NCBI GenBank assembly: GCA_963619035.1
Contig: CAVEUC010000007.1
Coordinates: 3,127 to 67,126, forward strand
Source of the DNA: Lachnospiraceae bacterium GAM79
GTDB lineage: Bacteria; Bacillota_I; Bacilli_A; RFN20; CAG-826
Reading direction: 5' to 3'
DNA: 64,000 nt
In this document: in pieces, positions 46,227 through 56,684 of the stretch
Numbering within the stretch: position 1 is the stretch's first letter
Layout of the letters: the number at the start of each line of letters is the position of its first letter
The notes under the pieces: generated by a model
The model's input: only the letters and a program-made list of their open reading frames with translations
Told to the model about the DNA's origin: nothing
Database searches by the model: none
Translations under genes and position numbers: made by a program

Positions 46227-46248
46227 AGAGGCTTCGGCCTCTTTTTTT
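46227..46248 (+). terminator. Rho-independent terminator
   Basis: AGAGGC-TTCG-GCCTCT followed by T6. Confidence 0.85.
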
Positions 46249-46280
46249 AATACTAATATAATTTGTATAAAGTATATTTT

Positions 46281-47078
46281 ATGTCTAAAATATTAAACAT
46301 GAGTATAAAGATTGTATTTTTTGATTTTGATTGGACGATATTTGATCATAGAAGTCATTCTATTAATGAATCGACTTTAAAAGGTATAAAAGAATTAAAG
46401 AAAAATGGTATTAAGATAATTATTAATACAGGTAGAAGTTATTACTCTTTAATGGAAAAAGAGATATTATGTACATTGAATTTTGATGGATTTGTCGTTA
46501 GTAACGGTGGAGCAGCAATTGCTGATAATAAAGAATTATATGCTCATTATTTACCTAAAGAATTACAAAATGAAATTATTAATTTCTTAGAAGAAAATAA
46601 GATAAGTTATGGAATTACATCATTAAAAAAGACATTTGGTAAAACATTTGAATTAGGAAACGTAAATAAATTTTATAATACATTTGATGAACCTAGAACA
46701 TTAGATATTAAAGAATATAATGGTGAACAACTATTAAGAATTACTTATTTTTCTGATTCAACATTTGATGAAAAAGTAAAAGCGAAATTTCCTAGTATTA
46801 CATTAAATAGATTTTTTGATGTTACTAGTGAAATATCAATTAAACCTTTTATTAAAAAAGAAGGTGTTGATGCAATTTTAAATTATTATGGGTTTTCAAA
46901 AGATGAAGCTATGGCTTTTGGAGATGACACTAACGATATTGATATGTTTAATGCTGTAAAATACGGAATTTGCGTAGGAAATGGGAAAGAGGAACTTAAA
47001 AAAGTTGCTTATTATGTTTGTGAAGATATAAATGATGATGGTATATATAAAACTTTAAGAAAATTTGAGCTTATTTAG
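46281..47078 (+). CDS. Cof-type HAD-IIB family hydrolase (sugar-phosphate phosphatase-like)
   Basis: HAD motif I FFDFDWT and motif IV GDDTNDIDMF. The start is uncertain: ATG 46281 or ATG 46299. The ORF-track TTG at 46263 is less likely. Confidence 0.75.
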   Translation: MSKILNMSIKIVFFDFDWTIFDHRSHSINESTLKGIKELKKNGIKIIINTGRSYYSLMEKEILCTLNFDGFVVSNGGAAIADNKELYAHYLPKELQNEIINFLEENKISYGITSLKKTFGKTFELGNVNKFYNTFDEPRTLDIKEYNGEQLLRITYFSDSTFDEKVKAKFPSITLNRFFDVTSEISIKPFIKKEGVDAILNYYGFSKDEAMAFGDDTNDIDMFNAVKYGICVGNGKEELKKVAYYVCEDINDDGIYKTLRKFELI

Positions 47079-47138
47079 TTGTTTTGTTGTAAATATATAT
47101 AATTTTTTGATAAAATTTAAAAAGTAAAGGAGATAGTT

Positions 47139-48056
47139 ATGCCATTTTATGTTTTAAAAGGTGATTTAGTAACGATGAATGTTGATGCTATAGTCAATGC
47201 TAGCAATGTCAATTTAAAAATGGTTGAAGGTGTTGGTAGAGCGATTTTTCATAAAGCTGGAGATAAAGAATTAGCTGCTGCATGTAAACAAATTGGTACT
47301 TGTAATGTTGGAGATGCTGTTAAGACTCCTAGTTTTAATTTGACAAATTGCAAAATCATTATTCACGCTGTCGCTCCAATTTACATGAATGGAAAACATG
47401 GTGAAGAAAAATTACTAATTTCAGCATATAAAAAATGTTTTCAAATTTTAGATGAAGAAAATTTACATTCAATCGCTTTTCCTTTATTAAGTGGTGAATT
47501 CAATTATCCTTTAAAAGATGCATACCAAGTTGCATTTAAAGTTATAATGGAATATTTAAAAACACATCCTGAAAATAATATTTATCTTGTAATGTATAAG
47601 AATTTCCCAACTACTGTCGATGATGATTTACAAGAAAAACTAACAAAATTTATTACTAGTACATATTCAAGTAAATTAGAACATAAAGATTTAACTGTAG
47701 CTAAGGATAATTTAGAATTTGTTGAAACAGTTAGAAAATATCAAGATGAAACAAAAACTAGTGATGAAAAATTAATTTCAGATGGTAATTTATCAAGAAA
47801 ATTATTCCAAGAATTAGTTACAAACCCTACCTTTATTCCTTCTAAAACAGTATGTTTAGCATTTGCTATCGCAATGAAATTAGATAAAAATAATACTATT
47901 AAATTATTACAAAGCTGTGGTTATAACTTAGTAGAATCTAACTTATTAGACTCGATTGTTAATTTCTATATCGATCAAAAAAATTACGATATTTATAAAA
48001 TAAATAATTCTTTGTTTAGTTATAGTTTAGGGCCACTTGGTGCTTACGGATATTAA
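47139..48056 (+). CDS. Macro-domain (ADP-ribose binding/hydrolase) protein with a C-terminal helical HTH-like domain
   Basis: 305 aa. Macro motifs GDLVTMNVDAIVNASN and SIAFPLLSGEFNYP. The C-terminal region of about 110 aa is unrelated to the macro fold. AAGGAGA RBS. Confidence 0.7.
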   Translation: MPFYVLKGDLVTMNVDAIVNASNVNLKMVEGVGRAIFHKAGDKELAAACKQIGTCNVGDAVKTPSFNLTNCKIIIHAVAPIYMNGKHGEEKLLISAYKKCFQILDEENLHSIAFPLLSGEFNYPLKDAYQVAFKVIMEYLKTHPENNIYLVMYKNFPTTVDDDLQEKLTKFITSTYSSKLEHKDLTVAKDNLEFVETVRKYQDETKTSDEKLISDGNLSRKLFQELVTNPTFIPSKTVCLAFAIAMKLDKNNTIKLLQSCGYNLVESNLLDSIVNFYIDQKNYDIYKINNSLFSYSLGPLGAYGY

Positions 48057-48123
48057 TCAATTTTAAAAAGAGTTGATAAATCATATATTTTTTAATTAAA
48101 GAATCATAAGAGAAGTTTTTATT

Positions 48124-49443
48124 ATGAAAAAAATGAGTAAAGAATTTTTAAAAAAATATTTTAATTCTGTAATTCCTGCAATAATTTCGAGTGTAGTTTT
48201 AGGTACTTTTTCTATAGTTGATGGATTATTTATTGGAAATAAAATTGGAGATATTGGCTTATCTAGTATCAATTTTGCTTGGCCAATTACTGCGTTTATT
48301 CAAGCTATTGGATTTGGAATCGGAATGGGTGGAAGTATTGCTATATCTATTGCAAACGGACAAAACGATAAAGAAAAAGAAAAAAGAATTTTATTTAATA
48401 CATATATTCTTTTACTCATTTTTTCTATATTAATTTTTGCTTTTATATTTCCTTTTAAAAGAGATATATTAATTCTTTTTAAAGCTTCTGGAGAAGAATT
48501 AGATTTAGCTGATCAATATATTTCTATAATTTTATATGGAACTATTTTCCAAGTTTTTGGTCAAGGTTTAGTATGTTTATTGAGAAATTATAAATACAAT
48601 TTATATACGATGATTTCAATGTCATGTGGCTTTATAGCCAATTTAATATTAGATTACTGTTTAATTTATGTTATCAACATGTCTTTAGCTGGAGCAGCAA
48701 TAGGAACTCTTGTATCTCAATTTATAACATCAATGATGTGTTGGATTGTTTTAATGTTTAAAAAGAATAGACCTATTATTAAATTTTCATTTAAATTAAT
48801 TGGTAATATTTTGAAAAATGCTATATCTCCATTTGGATTATTTTTTGCTCCAAATTTATTGCTTATGTTTGTTAATTTTGAAGCTAAAATTTATGGAGGT
48901 AGCGAAGCTGTTGCAGCTTATACAGCAGTTAGTTATATAACATTTATTATCATGAGAATTGTACAAGGTATAGGAGATGGTTCGCAACCTTTATATTCTT
49001 TTTATTATGGAGAAAACAATAAAAAAGATGAATTAAATACTTTATTTTTATCAAAAACTATATGTTTTGTCGTTGGAATTATCGCAACTTTAATTGTTGA
49101 ATTAGCTTATATTCCGTTAGGAAATATATTCGGATTATCTAATGAGACCAAAGAAATTTTTTATAGATGTTTAATCATCATGGGAAGTAGTAGCGTCGGA
49201 GTATCAATTATTAAAAGTTCAACTTCATATTTATACGCAAAAGAAAAGAATTTATATGCTTTTATATTAGTTTATGGAGAAATAATTATAGCAACAGTAA
49301 TAACATTTACATTCCCATTATTTATGTCTACGGATGGAATATGGTTATCTACTCCAATTTCACAAGGAATAATTAGTATTTTTGGAATATTATTTACAGT
49401 TTTAGAAGCAAGAAATAATAATAAAATTGAAATAAAAAATTAA
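48124..49443 (+). CDS. MATE-family efflux transporter
   Basis: 439 aa, 12 TM. The size and hydrophobicity pattern are typical of MATE/NorM-like proteins. Confidence 0.65.
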   Translation: MKKMSKEFLKKYFNSVIPAIISSVVLGTFSIVDGLFIGNKIGDIGLSSINFAWPITAFIQAIGFGIGMGGSIAISIANGQNDKEKEKRILFNTYILLLIFSILIFAFIFPFKRDILILFKASGEELDLADQYISIILYGTIFQVFGQGLVCLLRNYKYNLYTMISMSCGFIANLILDYCLIYVINMSLAGAAIGTLVSQFITSMMCWIVLMFKKNRPIIKFSFKLIGNILKNAISPFGLFFAPNLLLMFVNFEAKIYGGSEAVAAYTAVSYITFIIMRIVQGIGDGSQPLYSFYYGENNKKDELNTLFLSKTICFVVGIIATLIVELAYIPLGNIFGLSNETKEIFYRCLIIMGSSSVGVSIIKSSTSYLYAKEKNLYAFILVYGEIIIATVITFTFPLFMSTDGIWLSTPISQGIISIFGILFTVLEARNNNKIEIKN

Positions 49444-50012
49444 AAAGTTTTTCCTATGTATTCAATAATAATATTGTTATCATTATCACATTTAATTAAA
49501 GTTAATGAAGAGTTTGGTACTCTAAAAGTTGATGGAATTGAAGTATCTAAAGTTCTTAATAAACATGAAATTGTATTAGAGTGAGTTATTAATAATATAT
49601 TTTTATTATCATATTTTTGATTTATTTCGTCTAAAAATTCTTTAACTCTAATATAGACTTCTTCGGTTGTTTCTAATCCGTTAACTTCATTTTCTTTATT
49701 ATTTACAAAAAATGGTCTAGCAATAGAAAAATCTTTTCCTTCTAAAACACCAAAACATCTTTCGATTAGTCTAGAATCAATTTTAATATCTAAATTTAAT
49801 TTTAAGGTATCTTTTATTATATTTGCTGTTTCTAACGCTCTAGAAAGTGGTGAAGAATATATTAAATCAAAATTTAAATCTTTTAAATTTTTAGCAGTAA
49901 TTAATGTTGTTTCTTTACCTTTTTCAGTAAGAGGATAATCCGATCTTCCTTGTACTAAATTAATAGAATTAGCGATTGTTTCACCATGTCTAATAAAATA
50001 AAAATAATTCAT
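49440..50012 (-). CDS. Histidine phosphatase (phosphoglycerate mutase-like) family protein
   Basis: I moved the start to the ATG at the complement of 50010-50012, giving MNYFYFIRHGETIANS (RHG catalytic motif). The ORF-track extension to 50120 runs into nadE. It begins 1 nt after the nadE stop. Confidence 0.75.
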   Translation of the reverse strand: MNYFYFIRHGETIANSINLVQGRSDYPLTEKGKETTLITAKNLKDLNFDLIYSSPLSRALETANIIKDTLKLNLDIKIDSRLIERCFGVLEGKDFSIARPFFVNNKENEVNGLETTEEVYIRVKEFLDEINQKYDNKNILLITHSNTISCLLRTLDTSIPSTFRVPNSSLTLIKCDNDNNIIIEYIGKTF

Positions 50013-50013
50013 G

Positions 50014-51966
50014 TTAAATTGATTCGACTTCTTTAATAAATAATGTAGCTTGAGCGTCGCTAGGCATTCTATAATCTCCTCTAGGAGATAAAGAGATAGT
50101 TCCAACTTTAGCTCCATCAACCATTACGCTACGTTTAAAAGCTTGAGAAAAGAATCTACTATAAAATCTTTTTAAATAGTTTTTAATTTCTTCTTTAGTT
50201 AAATCTGGATAAGCTAACGATAATAAAACATATATTTTTTTAGGAGAGTATCCATATCTTAAGTAATAGTATAATATAAAATCGTTTATATTGTAATTCC
50301 CTATTAAATCCTCAGTCTTTTGATTAATTTTATCGTTATTTGATGGTGTTAATTCTGGAGAAATTGGGGTGTTTATTATAGATAATAAAGTATCTTTTAA
50401 AGTGCTATTTTGTGTGTGTAAAGCGTAGTATTCAACAATATATTTAATTAAAGTTTTTGGAATTGAAGAATTTACATTATACATTGACATATGGTCACCG
50501 TTATAAGTACACCACCCTAATGCAAGTTCGCTTAAATCCCCAGTTCCTAAAACAATACCATTCTCCTTGTTTGCGTAATCCATAAGAATTAATGTTCTAA
50601 TTCGAGCTTGAGCATTTTCGTAAGTTGTATCTTTACTGTTTAAATATTTATCTTCGTGATCAATATCATTTAAGTGGGAAATCAATGTGTTTTCAATAGA
50701 AATTATCATTGGTTTTAAAGACAAAGATTCAATTAATTTTATTGAATTATTTAATGTTAAAGAAGAGGTATTTCCCTTTTTTGGCATAGTGATAGCGAAA
50801 ATATTAATTGAATTATCTCTCTTTTTAGCTTCATATGCTACTAAAAGAGCAAGAGTAGAATCTAACCCTCCACTTACTCCGATAACAATATTTTTAATAT
50901 TAGAATTATGTAACCTAGTTAATAATCCTCTTACTTGAATATTCATTATTTCTTTAAATCTAGTATTTTTATCTTCTTCATCAGTTGGTAAAAATGGATT
51001 TTGAGATATTGAATAATTTGATTCTTTTAAGTAATTTAAAATTAAATTGCAATCAAAATCATATGTATTTCCTATAGATTTTATTGTTGTATCGATATAA
51101 CAATAGTTGTCATGTTCATTAGTAAAAGTTGATTGGTGTACTCTATTATAAATTGTTTTATCTAAATCAATAATAGCTTTATTTATTGTGTTTGTTTCAA
51201 AGATTGATTCAGATAAAAGCTTACCGTTATTAGCGATAATAGAATGCCCACTAAATACTAAATCAGTACTGGATTCATCATATCCTGAACTTGAATAAAT
51301 GTATGTAGAATATATGTTAGAAGAATGAGATAAAATAAGATTCTTTCTATAATTGCTCTTTAATATATTTTCAGGAGATGCGCTTAAATTACATATAATA
51401 TTTGCCCCATTTAAAGCATGTCTAATTGAAGGTTTATTAGGCACAAAAAGGTCTTCACATATTTCGCATGCGATTTGAGCATCGTTATTATCATCTTTAA
51501 ATATTAAGTTTGTTCCAAATGGTATTTTTTCGTTATTTATACAAATTGATGATACTTCGATATCTTTACCACTTGAAAACCATCTATTTTCATAAAATTC
51601 TTGATAATTAGGAATGTAACTTTTTGGTACAGCTCCTAAAATTTTTCCGTTTTCAATAAAAATTCCACAATTGTATAGTTTATTATTAAACATAATAGGA
51701 GCACCAACAGCAATTAAAGTATCTTTAAAAGAAATAGAACTTTCTTTTTTAAGTTTATTTAAATTTTCGTTAACTTTATCTAATATAGAATTTTGAAAAA
51801 ATAAATCTCCAAGTGTATATCCTGTTAATGAAAGTTCAGGAAAAACGATAATAGAACAATCAGTATTGTTTTTAGTAATTTTAATTATCTCATCAGTGTT
51901 AAAATCAACATCTGCTATTTTTAAATTAGGAACACAAGAAGCAACTTTTATAAATCTATTTTTCAT
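50014..51966 (-). CDS. nadE: Glutamine-dependent NAD+ synthetase (CN-hydrolase domain plus NAD synthetase domain)
   Basis: 650 aa. N-terminal nitrilase-like domain. PP-loop VIGVSGGLDSTLAL in the C-terminal half. Confidence 0.85.
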   Translation of the reverse strand: MKNRFIKVASCVPNLKIADVDFNTDEIIKITKNNTDCSIIVFPELSLTGYTLGDLFFQNSILDKVNENLNKLKKESSISFKDTLIAVGAPIMFNNKLYNCGIFIENGKILGAVPKSYIPNYQEFYENRWFSSGKDIEVSSICINNEKIPFGTNLIFKDDNNDAQIACEICEDLFVPNKPSIRHALNGANIICNLSASPENILKSNYRKNLILSHSSNIYSTYIYSSSGYDESSTDLVFSGHSIIANNGKLLSESIFETNTINKAIIDLDKTIYNRVHQSTFTNEHDNYCYIDTTIKSIGNTYDFDCNLILNYLKESNYSISQNPFLPTDEEDKNTRFKEIMNIQVRGLLTRLHNSNIKNIVIGVSGGLDSTLALLVAYEAKKRDNSINIFAITMPKKGNTSSLTLNNSIKLIESLSLKPMIISIENTLISHLNDIDHEDKYLNSKDTTYENAQARIRTLILMDYANKENGIVLGTGDLSELALGWCTYNGDHMSMYNVNSSIPKTLIKYIVEYYALHTQNSTLKDTLLSIINTPISPELTPSNNDKINQKTEDLIGNYNINDFILYYYLRYGYSPKKIYVLLSLAYPDLTKEEIKNYLKRFYSRFFSQAFKRSVMVDGAKVGTISLSPRGDYRMPSDAQATLFIKEVESI

Positions 51967-52588
51967 ATAAATCTCCTTTGATATATTTTTTTAAATTATG
52001 TAATTCAGGTGGTAAATTAGCATTTATTTCATCAATATTTAAGTCATAATTTTTAAGTAATGTTCTTATATTATTTGAAGAAATAAATTTAAAATCAGTT
52101 GGTGAATCGATAATAGTCACATATTTTTTAATCTTTATGAGCAGTGGAATAGTATTAAACAATTCTTCAACATTATCATTATTTCTTTTTAATACCACAA
52201 TTCCAAATTCTTTAGCAATTTCTTCAACATACATCCAATCAGTAGTTAATTTGTTTAGCCAATCACTTCCAATTAATAATTTTAAATTATAACCCTCATT
52301 TTTGAGTTTTTTTAAAGTAAAATAAGTCCTTGATTGTTCTTTTTCTTTAATTTCAATATCACTAACAATCATAAAAGAATTATTCTTAGCAACATCATTT
52401 AACATTTTTAATCTAGTTTCTTCATCAAAACTAAAGTCTTTACGTTCAGTATTTAAAATATACTTACTTTTTGTTGGACAAAAAATGACTTTATCAAAGT
52501 TTATTTGTTCCATCGCGTATTTAGCTAATTGAACATGGGCGATAGTAGGAGGATTAAATGCTCCACCAAAAAATAGAGCGTTAATCAA
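51956..52588 (-). CDS. nadD: Nicotinate-nucleotide adenylyltransferase
   Basis: 210 aa. N-terminal motif FGGAFNPPTIAHV. It overlaps both neighbouring genes by 8-11 nt. Confidence 0.8.
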   Translation of the reverse strand: MINALFFGGAFNPPTIAHVQLAKYAMEQINFDKVIFCPTKSKYILNTERKDFSFDEETRLKMLNDVAKNNSFMIVSDIEIKEKEQSRTYFTLKKLKNEGYNLKLLIGSDWLNKLTTDWMYVEEIAKEFGIVVLKRNNDNVEELFNTIPLLIKIKKYVTIIDSPTDFKFISSNNIRTLLKNYDLNIDEINANLPPELHNLKKYIKGDLYEK

Positions 52589-54098
52589 CTAATTTTCCTC
52601 CGTGCAATTCTTCATAAAGCGTTTCTCTTAAGTTATAAACTTTTTCGGTTAAATCGACATAATGAACATGAGGCATCTCAAGTCTTAGTTCAGATTCCCA
52701 TGTATGTTTTTCAAGTTGTTCTTTTACATACTCTTTTCTTTCAGAAATAGTAGGCATTTCATATACTAATTTACCGTTTTCAATGTATGGAATGAGAAGT
52801 TTTTCGATTTTTTTAGGAGTTATAATTCTAAATTTATGAAAGTCATCAGGGTTAAAGTTGTAAATTTTAATTGGTTTATTTTCTTCTATAATCTCTTCAT
52901 CTAAAGCAATGATGTCACATTGTGCTTTATCATCTTCATCATAAACTCTATAAACTGTTAATTTTCCAGGAATGATAGCTTTAGTTTTAGAATCGGAACA
53001 TTTCATTTTAGGAGTGTAAGTTCCGTCTTCATTTTTTACTGCAACAAGTTTATAAACACCACTAAAAACCGGATCAGAAGCACTAGTAATTAAGTTTTCT
53101 CCAACACCATAAAAATCAAATTTAGCATCTTCATATATTTCCATATTTTCAATCTTCTTTTCATCTAAAGAATTTGATGCAACGAGTTTAATATATGTTT
53201 TTCCAGCTTTATCTAATGCTTTCCTTAATCTTTTATAATATCTAGATAAATCCCCTGAATCGATTCTTGCGGATTTAACTCTTTTATTTAAATCGTTAGG
53301 ATATTTTTTTATTAAATAATCATCGATTTTTATTAAATTTGGTAAACCTGATTCAAAGACGTTATAAGTATCTAATAATAATGAAACATTATCAGGATAA
53401 GTATTTGCGTAAGCTAAAAAAGCATCGTATTCTGTTGGGAAAAATTCAATATAAGAATGAGCTACAGTTCCTGTAGCTTTTACTTCACTTCCATAGTTCA
53501 TTTCAGCTAAACAATTAGCAGTAGCGATACAACCACCTAAAATGGAAGCATATGCTCCAAATATAGAAGCAGATTCTCCTTGAGCCCTTCTAGCTCCAAA
53601 TTCTAAAATATTTCTATTTTTATGAGTTGATAATCCGCTAATTCTAGTAGCCTTTGTTGCAATTAATGAAGCAAAGTTTATTGTTTGTAATAAATAAGTT
53701 TCAATTAAAATTGCTCCAACCATATCACATTCTATTCTTATAATTGGTATTTGAGGATAACCTACACACCCTTCTTTTAAGGCGTACATAGATCCATTCC
53801 ATTTGTATGTTGATAAGTAATTAAGAAATTCTTCACTCATCCCTTTATATCTTAAATATTGGATATCTTCATCATTAAAGTGATAGTTTAATAAAAATTT
53901 AGTTAATTTTTCTTGTCCTGCAATAATTGAATATCCTAAATTATCAGGATTTTTTCTAAAAAACATATCAAAAACAAGAACCTTATCTTTCATACCATTT
54001 AAAAATAGAGAGTTAGCCATTGAGAATTCATAAAAATCTACAATCATGGCTGGATTGTAGTATTCATCATTTGGTAAGTAAGGTTTGCATTCGATCAT
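52581..54098 (-). CDS. pncB: Nicotinate phosphoribosyltransferase (long type)
   Basis: 505 aa. Motifs DFYEFSMANS, EFGARRAQG and GTVAHSYI. Confidence 0.8.
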   Translation of the reverse strand: MIECKPYLPNDEYYNPAMIVDFYEFSMANSLFLNGMKDKVLVFDMFFRKNPDNLGYSIIAGQEKLTKFLLNYHFNDEDIQYLRYKGMSEEFLNYLSTYKWNGSMYALKEGCVGYPQIPIIRIECDMVGAILIETYLLQTINFASLIATKATRISGLSTHKNRNILEFGARRAQGESASIFGAYASILGGCIATANCLAEMNYGSEVKATGTVAHSYIEFFPTEYDAFLAYANTYPDNVSLLLDTYNVFESGLPNLIKIDDYLIKKYPNDLNKRVKSARIDSGDLSRYYKRLRKALDKAGKTYIKLVASNSLDEKKIENMEIYEDAKFDFYGVGENLITSASDPVFSGVYKLVAVKNEDGTYTPKMKCSDSKTKAIIPGKLTVYRVYDEDDKAQCDIIALDEEIIEENKPIKIYNFNPDDFHKFRIITPKKIEKLLIPYIENGKLVYEMPTISERKEYVKEQLEKHTWESELRLEMPHVHYVDLTEKVYNLRETLYEELHGGKLVD

Positions 54099-54230
54099 AA
54101 ATTTTTTCTCCGGACAAATATTATAACAAATATTTAGAAAATAATAACGATATAAATAAATTTATATCGTTGAATAAATCATTTAATTAGACATATTAAT
54201 TAGTTATAATAAATAAAAAAGGTTTTAAAC

Positions 54231-56684
54231 ATGGAAAATATCGACAAATTATTAAAAGAATTAACAATTGATGAAAAAATTAGCTTAGTTGAAGGATATC
54301 AATCTTGGAATACAACAGCAATTCCTAGATTAAATATTCCATCGATTTATTTAACAGATGGTCCATTAGGGTTAAGGAAAAAGAAGGATGATGGTGATGG
54401 TGCTTTAGGACTAGGAAATTCATATGAATCTACTGCTTTTATTGCACCTTGTAATGTCGCAAATTCTTTTAATAAAAATATAGCTTATAAAATTGGAGAA
54501 GCGATAGGTAAAGAATGTAATTATTATGATGTTGATCTTCTTTTAGCTCCTGGAATGAATATAAAAAGAAATCCTAGATGTGGAAGGAATTTTGAATATT
54601 ATAGTGAAGATCCATATTTAAGCGGAATAATGGCATCTAATTTTGTTAATGGTTTAAAATCAAAAAAAGTTGGAGCTTGTTTAAAACATTACGCATTAAA
54701 TAATAGTGAAAATTATCGATATACTTCAAATTCGATTTGTGATATTAGAGCTTTAAGAGAAACTTATTTAAAAGGTTTTGAAATCGCTATTAAAAATAGT
54801 GATCCTGATGCTATTATGTGCGGATATAACGTCGTAAATGATAAGCAATGTAGTGAAAATAATTTTTTAAATAATGAAATGCTTAGAGATACATTTAATT
54901 TTAAAGGATTAGTAATGACCGATTGGGGCGCAACTAAAAACCGTGTTGAAGGTATTAAGTGTGGAATCGACTTAGATATGCCTGGACAAATTAAATATAA
55001 TTCTAAGCTTTTAAAAGAAGCTATAGAAAATAAAACTTTAAATGTTGAAGATTTAGATAAAGCTGTTAGGAATGTATTAAATTTAGTAAATAAACATCAA
55101 AATAAAAATATCATAAAAGAAAATATAGATGATTTACTTAAAAAACACTATGATTTAGCGGTTGAATGTGCTGAAGAGAGTGTAGTTTTATTAAAGAATG
55201 AAAACAATATTCTTCCATTAAATAAAGATAGTAAAGTGTTAGTTATTGGAGATTTATTTTCTAAAATGAGATATCAAGGTGCTGGTAGTAGTTTAATTAA
55301 ACCTAGATATGTTGTTAGCCCTAAAAAAGCTTTTGATGATAATAATGTATCTTATATTTTTAAAAGAGGGTATAAAGAAATAGAAGATAAAATTGATAAA
55401 AAATTGGAAAATGCAGCAATAAAAGAAGCTTGTAAACATGACGTTATTTTATTTTTTGGAGGTTTAACTGATTTAAAAGAGAGCGAAGGCTTTGATAGAA
55501 AAAATCTAAATATATCGAAAAATCAAATTTCTTTAATTAAAAAATTAGTTAATTTAAATAAAAAAATTATATTAGTATTATTTGGTGGATCTTCAATTAT
55601 TATTCCTGAAGTTAATAAAATAGATGCTATTTTAGATATGTATGTTCCAGGAGAAGGTGGAGGGGAAGCTTGCTATAATTTGTTATTCGGAAAATCTAAT
55701 CCTTCTGGAAAATTATGCGAAACATGGGTTAAAGAAGAAAAAGACATACCATTTAATAGTCTTTTTGGAAAAACACATGAAGAAATATATAAAGAAAGTA
55801 TCTTTGTTGGTTATAAATATTTTGAATTCAATAAAGAGAAAGTTTTATATCCTTTTGGATACGGATTATCTTATTCTAATTTTATATATAAAGATTTATC
55901 TTTGATTGAACATGAAAACAATATAGAAGTTTCTTTTAAAATATTTAATAATAGCGAAATTTATGGTAAAGAATCTGCTCAAATTTACATAAAAAATAAT
56001 GAAAATTCTAAGGATTTTAAAGTTAAAAAATATCTAGTAGATTTTATAAAAGTTGATCTATTACCACACGAAGAAAAAGAAATTAAATTATTTATTAATA
56101 AAGAAGATTTTAAATATTTTAATGCTAAATTAAATCGTTTTATTTTAGAAAAAGGGATGTACTCAATTGTAGTTGGAAAGAACTCATTTGATGAGTCATT
56201 AAGTAAAAATATCGATTTAAAAGGAGAAGTAGTTGAAGCTTCATATCCTGAAGAAATCGAAAAAACATATAGAAATATGCATTGTTTTAATATTGATGAT
56301 GAAAAATATGAATTATTATTAGGAAGAAAAATAAAATATAAAAAGAAGTCTAGAAAGATAGATGTAGAAACCCCTTTATGTGATTATGATGTAAAACTTT
56401 CGAGCAGAATTACTTATAGAATTGTGAATAAAATAACATTAAATAGCGTTTTACCAAAAAATGTAAGAACTGTTAAAAATATCAATAAAATAAAGGATGA
56501 AAATTTAAGAAATACTTTAATTAAAAATAGATTTTTCTTAATAGAAACCGCAAAACATAATTCAATGAGAAGCTTAGTCCAAAGCAGTGGAGGAATGTTT
56601 GATATTAATGCAAGTTATGGAATTGTTGAATTAGCTAATGGACATTTTATAAGAGCAAGAAAATATTTAAAAAATAAAAAATAA
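54231..56684 (+). CDS. GH3 family beta-glucosidase/beta-hexosidase
   Basis: 817 aa. Motifs TDGPLGLR, KHYALNN, and the nucleophile context GLVMTDWGA. C-terminal fibronectin-like domain. Confidence 0.8.
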   Translation: MENIDKLLKELTIDEKISLVEGYQSWNTTAIPRLNIPSIYLTDGPLGLRKKKDDGDGALGLGNSYESTAFIAPCNVANSFNKNIAYKIGEAIGKECNYYDVDLLLAPGMNIKRNPRCGRNFEYYSEDPYLSGIMASNFVNGLKSKKVGACLKHYALNNSENYRYTSNSICDIRALRETYLKGFEIAIKNSDPDAIMCGYNVVNDKQCSENNFLNNEMLRDTFNFKGLVMTDWGATKNRVEGIKCGIDLDMPGQIKYNSKLLKEAIENKTLNVEDLDKAVRNVLNLVNKHQNKNIIKENIDDLLKKHYDLAVECAEESVVLLKNENNILPLNKDSKVLVIGDLFSKMRYQGAGSSLIKPRYVVSPKKAFDDNNVSYIFKRGYKEIEDKIDKKLENAAIKEACKHDVILFFGGLTDLKESEGFDRKNLNISKNQISLIKKLVNLNKKIILVLFGGSSIIIPEVNKIDAILDMYVPGEGGGEACYNLLFGKSNPSGKLCETWVKEEKDIPFNSLFGKTHEEIYKESIFVGYKYFEFNKEKVLYPFGYGLSYSNFIYKDLSLIEHENNIEVSFKIFNNSEIYGKESAQIYIKNNENSKDFKVKKYLVDFIKVDLLPHEEKEIKLFINKEDFKYFNAKLNRFILEKGMYSIVVGKNSFDESLSKNIDLKGEVVEASYPEEIEKTYRNMHCFNIDDEKYELLLGRKIKYKKKSRKIDVETPLCDYDVKLSSRITYRIVNKITLNSVLPKNVRTVKNINKIKDENLRNTLIKNRFFLIETAKHNSMRSLVQSSGGMFDINASYGIVELANGHFIRARKYLKNKK

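Noticed and set aside
47139-48056. The macro-domain protein as the DarG antitoxin of a DarTG system.
   Set aside because: There is no adjacent DarT (DUF4433-like) ORF on either side. The neighbours are a HAD phosphatase and a MATE transporter, each with its own signals.
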